Shown: positions 44,495 through 55,866 of the stretch, one piece after another
How positions within the stretch are numbered: the stretch's first letter is position 1
Layout: each line of letters begins with the position of its first letter
NCBI GenBank assembly: GCA_977862235.1
Contig: OZ374561.1
Span: forward strand, 558,001-622,000
Reading direction: 5' to 3'
From: Dudresnaya verticillata
Taxonomy: Eukaryota
Length of the DNA stretch: 64,000 nucleotides
Made by a program: the position numbers and the translations under genes
Notes under the pieces: model-generated
Told to the model about the DNA's origin: nothing
Seen by the model: only the letters and a program-made list of their open reading frames with translations
Database searches by the model: none

Positions 44495-45646
44495 CTATGC
44501 CGCACGGCGAACCTTGACAGCGACAACAAAAGGGCACTTGATATGTATCGATCGCAATGAGGCGTCGTCTGCAGAATGCAGACTTTCGATTTGCTCACGC
44601 CGAATAACTTTGAACCCAGACTTCCTCACAATAGCCATAAACTCTTCGACAGAGAGATGAATACCATCTACCTGCCCGCCATCTAGACAAGGCAGCGGTC
44701 CAACAAATGTCCACACACCACCCGGCTTCAGAATCTGAGATACTCGCCTGACATGCTCGATAACTCCGTCGCCAAGGTCAAACGCCATGCAGCTTGCAAT
44801 GGCGTCCCACGAATTATCCTGCCCCTCATACGCTTCAATAAAGTTCCCAGCGCGCATACCAAGGTCCGCCACAAGCGGCACGTCCTTTGGGTTCACGTCC
44901 GGAATATCAACCGGTCGTGTTGCCGCCGCACGCGACTTAACATTCGAGTGGTCATGAGCAAACGGATAGAAAGTCGTCACACTCTTCCCATGCGCATTAT
45001 TGAGCACATAGTTGCCCACCAGCAGCGCCGTGAACGACATCTCACAGCCCTCAACCACGAACCCGCGCCGCACAAGTTCCCACGGGAGCCGCCCCGCGCC
45101 GGCGCCTGGCACGAGCACGCGAAAGCCAGAGCGCGGCAGGGAGCGTATAGCACGTGCAGCCTCGCCGTACGCGCTCTCAACGGCGTCGATGAGCGGGGTG
45201 TAGCACGCCGCGCGATGGCGCTCGCCTAGCGTGCTCCAGTCGCGTGTGAGCAGCGTGAAGCCGCGGCGAACCTCGCGCGACAGGACCTGCTTCTCGTCCA
45301 CGTCCGGAAATTCTTGTGTCTCTCCGGTGCCGTTCGTCTCCACATCATCCTGTTCCGGCTTCTCCGACCGCTCGGCTCCTCTAGTCGACGGCTCGACTAG
45401 AGGAGCCGCCGTACTGATCGTCCCTGCGGAATGTGCCATCCGTGCCAGAAGGTTCGTGTTGGCCTCGATGCACTCCGCTAGCGCTCCAATGCGCTGCTCA
45501 AACTCAGGGAGGACCTCACGGTCCCCTTCTGACAGTGCTCGGAACATGACCAGCTTGCGGTCGAGGCGAGAGAACTCGACTTCGCCATAGAATTCGACCG
45601 CTTTGTTTGGGAATTGGCGAAGGGTAACGCTCGTCTCAGACACCAT
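44495..45646 (-). CDS. CARNMT1: Carnosine N-methyltransferase-like (N2227 family) SAM methyltransferase
   Basis: LTRDWS..G..R..CY.P, RVLVPGAGAGRL.WEL, EGCEMS, YPFAH..SN, LKPGGVW.FVGPL. ATG at 45646. Confidence 0.85.
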   Translation of the reverse strand: MVSETSVTLRQFPNKAVEFYGEVEFSRLDRKLVMFRALSEGDREVLPEFEQRIGALAECIEANTNLLARMAHSAGTISTAAPLVEPSTRGAERSEKPEQDDVETNGTGETQEFPDVDEKQVLSREVRRGFTLLTRDWSTLGERHRAACYTPLIDAVESAYGEAARAIRSLPRSGFRVLVPGAGAGRLPWELVRRGFVVEGCEMSFTALLVGNYVLNNAHGKSVTTFYPFAHDHSNVKSRAAATRPVDIPDVNPKDVPLVADLGMRAGNFIEAYEGQDNSWDAIASCMAFDLGDGVIEHVRRVSQILKPGGVWTFVGPLPCLDGGQVDGIHLSVEEFMAIVRKSGFKVIRREQIESLHSADDASLRSIHIKCPFVVAVKVRRAA

Positions 45647-46424
45647 CGTTGCGGTTTCCGCACAATCCCAGGTCTGTGAAAGAAAGCAAGGAGTAGGCGT
45701 GATTCTCGGAATAGTGATGCTCCGGTTCAGGTTCAGGATGAGGATGCAATGGAAACCGACGCGAGGCGCATTATTCTGACATTGGGAGCCGAAGAGGTCC
45801 ACTACGGTCCGTCCTGCGTCCTCGCACACGGCTATGTCCCATTTTCATCGCTGTGTTCTCTACAATACATATGTTGGTCCAAATGAATCTGTAATGCTTC
45901 GGCTCTGCACCAATAACCATCGATGAGAGCTGCAAAAGAGCTCAATAATCACGAGCCCCGTGGCCACGGGGACGAAATACTGTAAGCAGCAATTCGCAAA
46001 AATAAAACTTTTCGAGTGAAAAAGACCGAAATTACGAGCGACTCCACTCCCGGGGGAGTAGGAAATAGTTCTGCCCGCCAATTATCTTCAAGGTACAGAT
46101 CTTTTAACTGCCATGCCAACCACCAGATGGGCTTCGCGCTCAATGCGCCTTCAATCTGCCGAGCGCTGCACCACGCATCCTTTGGACTCGCCACCTGCCC
46201 TAAAGTTGACCAGATTTTTTTTATCCCAGTAGCGGAAGGCTCGCCTGGTACGCCGCCAGCTCCCTTACCACGTCTGGGGGATTGGTACCAATCCCACTGT
46301 GAAAGCTTCGTACTCCGCACCACCGAACTTCACCGTTCCAAGCGTGAGGATTTACCGAAGGGTAGACGAAGAAGCTATTCCCTGTAGCCTATTCTTTACA
46401 GAGCCGAAGTCACCAGATACCACC

Positions 46425-47351
46425 ATGGCTTACGTCTTGTCGCCCTTGGGCCTGCCAAACCGCAACACCCCGCGCTCACGGTCATCCTTCGTCTCATCGC
46501 GGCCTCGTAGCTTGCAGGCTCGTCCGCGGGTGTCCCGGGTACACACATTGCAGATGGCGGCGGATGGTGCTGGCGCCGCGCAGAAACAGGAGCAGCTGGC
46601 TGAGATTGTTCTGGACGAGAACATCGGCGGTTTCTGCAGCATCAACCCACGCACAGGGAAGCGCGCCGAGGTCAGCTTCCGGGACAAGGAGGCCTTGTTT
46701 CTGGACGCCATGCAGGCCTACTTCAACGGTGAGGCCACCCTGTCCAACGAAGAGTTCGATGCGCTGAAGGAGGAGCTGACATGGCAAGGCTCCGAGGTCG
46801 TCACGCTCTCGCGTGACGAGTTCCGCTTTCTTGATGCTGTTAAGGCCTACGAACAAGGAAAGCCTATCATGGACGATACCGAGTTTGACAAGCTTAAAGT
46901 GCGCCTGCAGAACGAGGGCTCTATCGTTTCAATTCAGCGAGGTCCACGCTGTTCTATTCAACGCCAGATTACCTTCTCTGATGTCATCCCGGATCGAAAG
47001 AGGACTTTTGTGCTTTACGTCCCCGCCGGTCTGCTGACCGCGCTGCTCTGGCTCTCGTTCTCTTATGAGCTAACTCCACTACACCAAGTCGACCCAGTGC
47101 TGTCACTCATCATTGGTTCTCCTGTCATTTTCTTTGCTGCCAAGATTCTTACTGGCCTTGTTCTTCCAAACCCAACCATTGTTGTAGGCGATTGTCCTAG
47201 CTGTGGGAGGCGTACGCATGTGCTCTTCGGGAATGTTCTGAATCAAGAGGGCTTTGATGACACTGCGGAAGTGAAGTGCGACAAATGCAAGGCAAAACTG
47301 AAGGTGGAGAAGGAGACGAACCGCATGATTCTCATAGCCGAAGGTAGCTAG
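46425..47351 (+). CDS. PGRL1: PGR5-like protein 1 (cyclic electron flow), plastid-targeted
   Basis: FCSIN, FLDAMQAYF, LSNEEFDALKEELTWQGSEVV, GPRCS, two TM helices and CPSC...CDKC. Transit peptide. ATG at 46425. Confidence 0.95.
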   Translation: MAYVLSPLGLPNRNTPRSRSSFVSSRPRSLQARPRVSRVHTLQMAADGAGAAQKQEQLAEIVLDENIGGFCSINPRTGKRAEVSFRDKEALFLDAMQAYFNGEATLSNEEFDALKEELTWQGSEVVTLSRDEFRFLDAVKAYEQGKPIMDDTEFDKLKVRLQNEGSIVSIQRGPRCSIQRQITFSDVIPDRKRTFVLYVPAGLLTALLWLSFSYELTPLHQVDPVLSLIIGSPVIFFAAKILTGLVLPNPTIVVGDCPSCGRRTHVLFGNVLNQEGFDDTAEVKCDKCKAKLKVEKETNRMILIAEGS

Positions 47352-48068
47352 ACTCTTTATCTATAACAGTGTTTTCTTGAACGCCAAGAATAGGTTATGT
47401 CGCATTACTGAGCCCTGGGACAAGGAAGAAGTCGTGTAACTGGGGTGCTATGTTCTATTGGTTTGTAAAGTGCCGCTGCCATAGTGTTTCTTGAGCCACT
47501 ACGCCCTATCCCCGTTGTGACAGTGATCCTGTTTTATTTTCAGTCCTTAACAGGAAGGGGAAAATGGCACGTTTGCTAGAACAACTGGATTTCTTTGCAA
47601 CGACATTCTTCGGCCCCAACTTCAAACAGTTTGCCACTCCCCCCATCAATAACTGCTTCATCAATCGTGCATTGTTGTGATGTGGAGGGAAGGTCTTCAA
47701 CTCAAGCCCATGCTTTCCCAGACAGTATCTTACCATTCGTACTCACCCATCTCCCAAGTCCTCCCCCGTAGTCAGTCATGATGTGCATGACCTCAGATCG
47801 CAACATTTTTTTTCTCAAACACCATGACCTTACAGGTCATAGAGCTCAATTACGAAATCATCATGGCTGCCTTGTGAGGAAGGCAGTGAAAGCAAGGGAG
47901 AAAGACGGTTGCAATCAAGGTAGTTCTCTGGGAGCATATTAAAAAGGGTATTGCTACGAACAAGCACTGTACTAAAGGGCATGCATGCCCAATAAGTCCT
48001 CCAATAAGTCTTCAATAAGTCCTGAAAAAGCAACCCAAAACTTTATAGATCATGGCTCGTTACCGAAG

Positions 48069-49400
48069 CTATCTCTCCGCTCGACTTGATCTCAAGCAAA
48101 GCAGAGCCTCCGCTATGGCATTACTCTCAACCTCGGTTGATGGCTTTGGCAACGGGCCCTGTCCTATGGCGGGGTGATGACCACCTGGAGTGTTCCACGA
48201 TCCATTCTGAACTACCGGCGTAGTTGGAGCTTGCGTCGCGTCCGGAGCGGGGGTGGGCGGTGGCGGAGGCGGAGGATACGGCATTTGTGACGAAAACATG
48301 GGATATGCGGTCTGGGGATGCTGCGGCGGAGGGGTGTACCCCATGGGAGAATGATGCGGGTACGATGAGTAGTACGGCGGCGGCGGCGGCGGAGGGGTGT
48401 GGTAGTGATGAAATGGGCTCACAGCACGCATGGGCTGGTGAGCGTACTCCAAATACTGCGGCGGGGCCGGTGGCGCCGGTGGCGTCGCAGACGTGGGCGG
48501 CCTGCCCATGGAAATGTGCCCAAACATGTGTGGTGGGAGGGTATGATGTCTTCCATAGTGCTGCGGTTGCGGCTGGACAAGTTCAGAGTAGTGCGGCGAC
48601 AGCGTGTGCATGCGCTGCGGCGGATGCACGCCAGGCGGTGGGGTGTGGGCGCTGGCGGGAATAAGGGCGTGGAGGTGCTGCGGAGCAGGCTGCATGACGA
48701 CGATGCGACGGCGCTTGCCCGCCGAGTGCGGAACAGGGACATGTGCGGCGGTGGCGAGATCTCGTGACGAGGCAGAGGAGAGTGACGACGTCGACTGTTC
48801 CAACGACCGGGCGGCGAGCAGCTTGCGCTGTGATCGTTGCTTCTCCCATTTGCGACTCGCGGCTATCCGGCGAGCGCAGTGCACGCTACAGAATCGGCCC
48901 GAACCGTACGATCCGTCATGCGGCTCCGAGCACCCCTCGCAGACCGGCTTGACCGGTCTTTTCGGGACGTGCGGAGCGGAGGAGGACGCGCACGAGATTG
49001 TCGTGGGCGGCGTAGACACTGCCGGGGATGCGGCATTGTTGGTGGCGGTAGCCGCGACGGTCGTCGGGGTAGGCGGAATGGGATTGGACGGTGACGGGGC
49101 CATTGGGACCTTCTTGAGAGTCGGCGGTGGGGCGATTGGGTTCTTCTCGAAGGTTGGCGCAGCGGACTTGGTGAGGGGCTGAGTGGGATTGGCGGCCTCA
49201 TGGCGCGGGGTGCTCTGCGATGCATCTGGCGATCGTACGGCAGCGGCACTTGTGGAAGGTCTGTGCGGCGGGGCGAGCGGGTCGGGGGCGGTGGGGCGCG
49301 GGAGGTGCTGTATCTTTCGCAGAGCGGGGTCAGTGGCGAGAACATCCTCGCGAGGGGAGGTGGCCGGTGGGGCGGCGTTGGCGACAGCGACGACGGCCAT
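48069..49400 (-). CDS. Pro/His-rich protein with one CxxC-HDGSYGSGRFCSxxC zinc finger; putative transcription regulator (443 aa)
   Basis: CEGCSEPHDGSYGSGRFCSVHCAR followed by a basic helix. C-terminal IAEALLCLRS. Start uncertain (ATG 49400 chosen). Confidence 0.7.
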   Translation of the reverse strand: MAVVAVANAAPPATSPREDVLATDPALRKIQHLPRPTAPDPLAPPHRPSTSAAAVRSPDASQSTPRHEAANPTQPLTKSAAPTFEKNPIAPPPTLKKVPMAPSPSNPIPPTPTTVAATATNNAASPAVSTPPTTISCASSSAPHVPKRPVKPVCEGCSEPHDGSYGSGRFCSVHCARRIAASRKWEKQRSQRKLLAARSLEQSTSSLSSASSRDLATAAHVPVPHSAGKRRRIVVMQPAPQHLHALIPASAHTPPPGVHPPQRMHTLSPHYSELVQPQPQHYGRHHTLPPHMFGHISMGRPPTSATPPAPPAPPQYLEYAHQPMRAVSPFHHYHTPPPPPPPYYSSYPHHSPMGYTPPPQHPQTAYPMFSSQMPYPPPPPPPTPAPDATQAPTTPVVQNGSWNTPGGHHPAIGQGPLPKPSTEVESNAIAEALLCLRSSRAER

Positions 49401-50839
49401 AGTCGGGGGGCAGGGGGCGGGAGGCAGTGGGCGAGCGTACGGGGGGTATCGGCACATGGAACTTGAACGGTGGGCGAGGGAGGGTTGGGGGGAGGGGGGG
49501 TAGTGGGAAGGAGGGAAGTAGTGTCGCCGCTGGGGCGAACGGCTGGGCGCGGTGCGAGATGACGTCGGGAAATTGCGGCAAATCGGCGGGCGATGGGGAC
49601 GCCGCGCGGCGTCGCGCGGCGCCGCAATTGGCGAGAGGCCCGCGCGGCGCAGATACGTGCGACAGATTCGTTGCACGAAGGCCAATAGCGTGCAAACCCT
49701 CGGCGGGCGCAGTTCGGTGGGGCGTATCTGACAAACCCTGGCGGCGTACGATTGGTGCGGCGCGGTTGCGGAGCGCGGTCGTGCAATTCGCGCGCGACAC
49801 GCGTCCCAGCGTTGAGGCGCGTCCATGCGCGCTCCGCCGTTGTGGGACAGCTGGCGCGCTGCGCACCATCGCTTTGCGGGTTTTGCAGGCGGCCACATTC
49901 CATGCGGGCTCCGAGTGACGCTCCCCAGATCGCGCGCAGACGCCTCCTGGCCACTGGCTTTGCGCCGCCATTCCCGAACCAGAAGCTGCGGCCCTCCCTC
50001 CATTCTGTCCGCATGTTGGAGGGCATGAGGGCGTATCCGCTGCGCCCTCGCAGCAATGCCGAACGGCCCGTCGCCCAACCGCGCTGCACAATCCAAACTC
50101 CTCCATTCCATCCCACGCGGCGCCCGTTGTGACAAATCGCGTGCAGCCGGCATCGATTGCACTGCTTCGCTAACGAATTCTCCAATAGTGAACGGTGCCG
50201 CTGTCAAGGTGCGTTGCCCATTACAGGATCGCTCTGAGCTTCGATGAACATTGCTCTTTGGCGTTACAGTACTGGGGAATGAGAGAATCTGCACATGTGC
50301 CATCGTACACCGTGGTAGCACAATGCTTCTTTCAGTACCTCATATTGACAGGAAAAAGAAAAGGAGCTCTATCCCCCTGTACTACCACTTTTGTCAAACC
50401 CCGGAACTCAGTTGACAGCCCTGTATGGCGTTACTCGCTCACGAATCGCGTAGAGCATCTCCTCCTCAAAAGATGCTCTCCACGCGAAGCCTCCATAGAG
50501 CACATAAAATCATACTTGCAACAACTGACGATGGTCTTGATCTGCAAAGAAGAAAAAAACTGGTGAAACAATTGCTGTTCCGCTTCCTGTTTTACTCGCG
50601 TTAGATGCGTTTATTGGCTGCAAGCAGGGGGACAATTCCAGGGGGATTCAGCCCGCAAAACAATGATGATCGATTGGATCCAGTGAAGCCCTGCCGAGCT
50701 TCATCCCAATTAATTCCATGCATCCCACAAACACAATCGATTCGCACAGTGTATCCATCGCTCCAACCAGATGATACTGTACTGTACTCCACAAGCAATC
50801 TCCAAAGGTCCGATTGACACAAGCAAGTCCCCTTCATCT

Positions 50840-52564
50840 CTAATCGGCAGAAACTCGCACAACAACATAAGTCAATGCCTTAGAAGCCTCCTCATCAATG
50901 CCCCCATCACCAACCCGTCGCGCCACAAGCCGCACATGCTCCGGCGTATCCGTGCAAGTGAACAGCCTTGTCGAGCAAGGCTGGTTTAAAAAGAAGTAGT
51001 ATCCAAACCTCAGCAGCATCGACCCGGGCCGCATGTTCCGCTTACCGTCCTCATTCACTCCACGCTCGGACAGCAGCCGCCAACGCACCTCCGTCGTAAC
51101 ATCCGCCACTTCCCCAGTTTCGCTGTGCCCGATCCACAACCCCACTGACATACGCACGGCCTCCACCTCCTTCCCTTCATTGCGAGCCGCCATGCTGCGA
51201 CTGTCCGATACAAAGTGATATCCGCCCACATCGCTCACGCAACACTCATCATGCACCACCGATTTCCCGTCACCTTTTTCGTAGCTCATGTCGACAATCG
51301 TGTACACCACTGCACGCCCGGTCGTCACAGCGTTCGAAGCTGCAACTGCTTCGCCACCTTGCCACCCCACAATGCGGAGGCAGAACCGCTCGTTACCGCG
51401 TACCACATCCCAAGAGCGATGGCGAGCTCCCATCTTGCACAGAAGCGTCGCGCATAACCCGCCTGTCCCGCGGCCGTCGTCCAGCTCATTGCTCTTTTCA
51501 CCGGCGTACAACACGCGTGGAGCAATCCCCATTGGCCATGCCATTAGCTTTGACCTGTTCGGGAATAAGTTAGCTAGAAGTGGTGTTACTTCAGTGCGCA
51601 GAGAACTTGTGCGTGCCATGTTCTTGCTCCGTACTCTGTTGCTTGACTGTGCCGAATATCCCTCCGGCTGCTTCCCAGATCTCTCCGACTGCGCTCGTCG
51701 CTTCTGTCGCTGATGTGATTTGGAGGTACCTGGTTGCGTGATCCCGGCTCCGTTCCACCGGGGAAGAGTTGCAGGCGGAAACTGGGACAACGAACGAAAG
51801 TCACTGCATGTGGACTGTTCCCGAGACGGACTTCGGCCACTCTTCTTAGTAGTGCTGTTCCCATCCAGTTCAGGAATCCCGGCAGAATTCCACGTCGACT
51901 TGCCATTCCGAGTAATCCGCGTGGCCTTACTGGGGTCGCTGAGATTAAACTTTTTCATCCCTTGTTCTGCGCCACTCGACGCGGAAGCCCTCGGTAAACT
52001 TCCCCTAGCTATATGCGAATTAGTTTCCATTTCCACGCGGGCTGTAGACTCAAAGAGCACATCACCACTACCTTGCACCCTTGATGGTAAACTATCTCTC
52101 TTAAACTCCTGACTGATGCATTCATGCGCAACACTTCCTTCGACTTTTAAAGAATTGCTGCATGTGTTATTGGATCTTTTGGACATCGTAGGTTGATCTA
52201 GTGAAGAACAGCGCGACTGAAAGGATCTCGCATCATCCCTTACGCTTCGCCTTTCGGAAAGACGAGAAGACACCAGCTGCCGAGAGGTAGAATAGCTTCC
52301 GGGTTGAAGAAAGGTGTCCTGTTGCGCGTCTGCTCGACTGATCCTATCCGGCTCAACTGCCGCAGAATCTGGCTGACCAATTCTCAAAGCTTCATTAGCT
52401 TTCAGCCGCGAACTGCTTCGCTCACCACTTGAACCCGCTGGAACATTTGGGATATCATCTGGAATGGGACCAGAATTTCCAGAAGCGCTAGACTTCTTCC
52501 GGGCACCTACCCTCGCATCTGACGGCAAGAACAATTCTTCATACACCGCGCCCAGTCTCTTCAT
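50840..52564 (-). CDS. Hypothetical protein, Ser-rich disordered N-half and globular C-half (574 aa)
   Basis: Long ATG-initiated ORF with no recognised motif. A possible upstream in-frame exon at 53067-52951 (GTAAGC donor, AG acceptor at 52581-52580) is unconfirmed. Confidence 0.65.
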   Translation of the reverse strand: MKRLGAVYEELFLPSDARVGARKKSSASGNSGPIPDDIPNVPAGSSGERSSSRLKANEALRIGQPDSAAVEPDRISRADAQQDTFLQPGSYSTSRQLVSSRLSERRSVRDDARSFQSRCSSLDQPTMSKRSNNTCSNSLKVEGSVAHECISQEFKRDSLPSRVQGSGDVLFESTARVEMETNSHIARGSLPRASASSGAEQGMKKFNLSDPSKATRITRNGKSTWNSAGIPELDGNSTTKKSGRSPSREQSTCSDFRSLSQFPPATLPRWNGAGITQPGTSKSHQRQKRRAQSERSGKQPEGYSAQSSNRVRSKNMARTSSLRTEVTPLLANLFPNRSKLMAWPMGIAPRVLYAGEKSNELDDGRGTGGLCATLLCKMGARHRSWDVVRGNERFCLRIVGWQGGEAVAASNAVTTGRAVVYTIVDMSYEKGDGKSVVHDECCVSDVGGYHFVSDSRSMAARNEGKEVEAVRMSVGLWIGHSETGEVADVTTEVRWRLLSERGVNEDGKRNMRPGSMLLRFGYYFFLNQPCSTRLFTCTDTPEHVRLVARRVGDGGIDEEASKALTYVVVRVSAD

Positions 52565-53632
52565 CTCGAGTCCCTCGACCTACCCGACGGAAAAATAATC
52601 CGCAAGCCGTGAAGATGCTCTTCGCCTTGCTAGGACGTTCGCTGCTCTAGTCTTGTCCAGAATGTGTGGAGTCCTGCATCTTGACAAATGCATTTGTTCG
52701 AATTCCAACCGTCAACGGTCAAAACCTCTCCCGAGCGCGTTCAAAGGCGAGAAACCGTTTGACTTTCTCAACGTTTCACCGTGAAAAGTAGGTGAACTTC
52801 GTCATGCTCATTCAAGCAACATGGGCTTCTGGGCGTTACACAGAAGGGCAGTTGTACACAGAAACTTGAAGCCCTTCCGAGGCTCCACCGCACAAACGGT
52901 TCATCACCAGCTCACGAGCCGAGAGTAAATTGGCAAAGCTTTTTGCTTACCCATTCCGATTTCCTCAACTTCCTGGGACGTCCGCAACTGGCAATAGCCC
53001 ACACGACCGCTAATATAATGGGATTACCAGACCTGCTGATGAGCCACGGCTCATCATCTACCTTCATCCATTTCCTCGGCGATCACACCTGTCCCAGATC
53101 CCGGATCCGAATCCGCAATATCTCTTGTGACAAATTTAGGAGCAAGTTATCGTGTCACTCGCAGAGGCTCGGCTGTGGAAGCTGCAGAGCGAGCAGACTT
53201 GCACACTACTGAGCCGTGGTGCGGTCCACTTGTGATAACGTTGGCTTCTGGAAATCTAGATCAAAAAAAGATTCCGTAAGATTTTGCCCTGGCCTGAATG
53301 TCCCCCAAAATATTCAAAAAGCTATGTCCATTACAACGAACGAGCCTAGTGCCTACCTAGCACTGTGCGGAACCAAGAAACAGTAGAAACTCCCTTGAGC
53401 AACACATCAGTGCGGAGTCTCATCCCCATCAGACCTGCAGCCTAGACTTCTCTCCACTGGTCCCGTCGTGTGCTTCTGCAACGGTTGCACCAGCTCCTCC
53501 ACTGCTGTTCGGTACAATTTTCCTCGCTGCAAAAGCCCCCAGCCGAGACGAATGTTTGGGGGCACGCTTTGAGAGGTACGTTTCTGATCTTCGTCTCGGG
53601 GGAGAGGACAGAGACGAACTGTGGGCAAGGAG

Positions 53633-55034
53633 ATGGGGCGTTGTGGGAGTTGTCGTACTCAAACTCAACGCTTCTGTTTTGTCCACCAAGAATTTGTTTG
53701 CGACGGCTGTTTGGTCAGCGATGAATCAAGAATTCATGCAAGAGTAAGGACCTATCCTTGCGTTACACAGCCATTTTGCTAAGCCTGCAAGCCTGTCAGG
53801 CCGGTGAGCTGATTCCTTTGTGATAGCTAACTTTTTGTTTCACCCCCTTTACTCTCGTTGCAGTGCGTTATAGGCACGTACAGGGAATGGGTGCTTGATA
53901 ACTCGTACGAGTGGCCTCCGAAGTGCTCCAGGTGTTCCGTCGAGTTGGAAGCCGACGGAGACTTCATGCGAAGGGCGTGCATGCGTAAGTCCCCAGTCAG
54001 TCTTGAGGCAATTTTCGTCAACATACAAATCGTATACTAACATCCGAAACGCGAATTTGTCGGATACTACGGGTGCAACCAATGCAGACCTTGAATGCGC
54101 GTCTTGTTTGGAAGCCTCATCTCCACCAGATCATCCTTGCGGAGCATGCAACGCGCCGTTGAGGGATTCACTCGACTCTTCAGATATCGGCAAGGCCATG
54201 CGAAACCGTATTAGGACAATGCCGTCGCTTCAGGTCCTTCTGGCAGATGCGGAAGCAGTTGAGCCGGAGGTTGAGGAAGACTCAGCATCGCCCACGGCCA
54301 TCCGTGATCAGAACGCATCTGAATCACGAACCTCAGCTCCTTCGGTCACTCAATCTGAGTCAGTTCGGACGCAGTACAAACGACAGACTGCTTCCCTGCA
54401 GATCATAGAAACAGACCTTGCTCAGAATGTATCACAGGTGTCACCAGAAGTCAACGAGCAACCACAAGAGGTTCTTCAGATTCCCTCTCACAATCCGCCA
54501 AAGCCGAAGACTGAAACACGTCTGAATGTTCAGAATGTATCGCAGGTGTCCCCAGAAGTCAACGAGCAACCCCAAGATGTTCATCAGATTCCCTCTCAAA
54601 ATCCGCCAAAGCTGAAGACAGAAACACGTCTGAATGTGGGCCCACCCAAGCTGCATTCACTTGCGAACGATTCGAGCTCAAGACAAAGCGTTCCCTCGAA
54701 GAGAGAGAGGAGCAGTTCGAGAAGTGTTGCAACAGCATCGGTGCGGAAGGCGTTGAAAGCTGGAACACGCAGATGGTTCGACCTGCGAAAGTTTCTCTTT
54801 GGCAATCAGAAGCAAGTACTCGTCATCTTTATGTTCGTTGTGTGCGTGGTCCTTGTCGGTATTCTGATGTCAGGTGATGATCGAGAAGACAGCAATTTGA
54901 TAGCTGCTTCAAAGCCTGCTGTCGAGGAGGAAGATATCAATCTTCCTCACGTGCGAATCAATCCGGCATTCCGCTCTGCTGGTTTCCAGCGTGGTGTTGG
55001 AGATAACAAATTCGAGGATAGCAGTGAGGACTGA
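53633..55034 (+). CDS. ZFPL1: Zinc finger protein-like 1 (Golgi, C-terminal TM); 3 exons: 53633-53743, 53864-53984, 54088-55034
   Basis: Spliced N-terminus MGRCGSC..TQRFCFVHQEFVCDGCL...HAR-CVIGTYREWVLDNSYEWPPKCSRC...ACMH-LECASCL...CGAC matches the ZFPL1 B-box/RING layout. GTAAG donors and CTAAC branch points. TM segment VLVIFMFVVCVVLVGILM. Confidence 0.88.
54423..54638 (+). repeat. 108-bp (36 aa) tandem duplication inside ZFPL1
   Basis: QNVSQVSPEVNEQPQEVLQIPSHNPPKPKTETRLNV / QNVSQVSPEVNEQPQDVHQIPSQNPPKLKTETRLNV. Units start at 54423 and 54531. Confidence 0.95.
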
Positions 55035-55866
55035 CGATTGTTATTCGATTTTCAGGGACTATGAACCAAATAAAAAATCCCGGAACGCTGTCCAGGTGGG
55101 CTTCGCGGTGCGAGGGGTGGATGCTGTAAAGTATGATGCTCCAATGAGTCGTGTGGGACCAAACTCGGAGCTGGGGAATCATCGCAGGTCGATATTCTCG
55201 ACGGTGGTTGGAAGCTAATGATACTGCGCATGGCAGGGCTGAGAATCATCAGCTTCGAAGATGGCTATCCTCTGAAGAAGAGCTAGCCCACAATATAGAA
55301 GAACCATGACTCAAATCCTGTAAATATCCAGTTACTCTAGTACTAAAGACTGCAAATTCCGCGTTCTTTAGCACTGTCTGCAGCCACGCCTGTACCCTCT
55401 CAAGGGCGAAGGAAGCAAGTCAAAAGCAAATCCCTGTTAACCGAAGCAATTAGATGGGCGCTTCTTTATTACATCTATCGAAACTTTGGAAGTGCATGCT
55501 CCTAAACTATCGGTGGGTTGCTCTAGCCTCCGCGAGGAGAACTCTCATAAAATAGCAGTAGACTGGAGGCCCAGAAGTAGAAATCTCATAGAGTAGGGGC
55601 GAGTGAACTACAGGGATTTTCCGCGCCGTACAGTAGGTCCGGCGGACAAGGGAGTCCTTTCCAGGCTGAAATTTTACCCGAAAAATACAGCACGTGGTGT
55701 ATGCAACAATCGACCAGCAATCCCGGTGATAAATCTTATTAATAACAGTACAGTATTTCAGCCACCATTCCTGATGGGAGCTTCCCACTCCGTCAGTCCC
55801 TGCCGACGCTACCATTGCGATTCTCGTATAGCAGTCGAGTTTACCCATTGCAGCCAGCAGACCAGA

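Noticed and set aside
49401..50321. 300-aa upstream extension of the zinc-finger ORF and overlapping 440-aa and 258-aa ORFs
   Set aside because: GC-rich stop-poor sequence with non-ATG starts and no protein-like composition.
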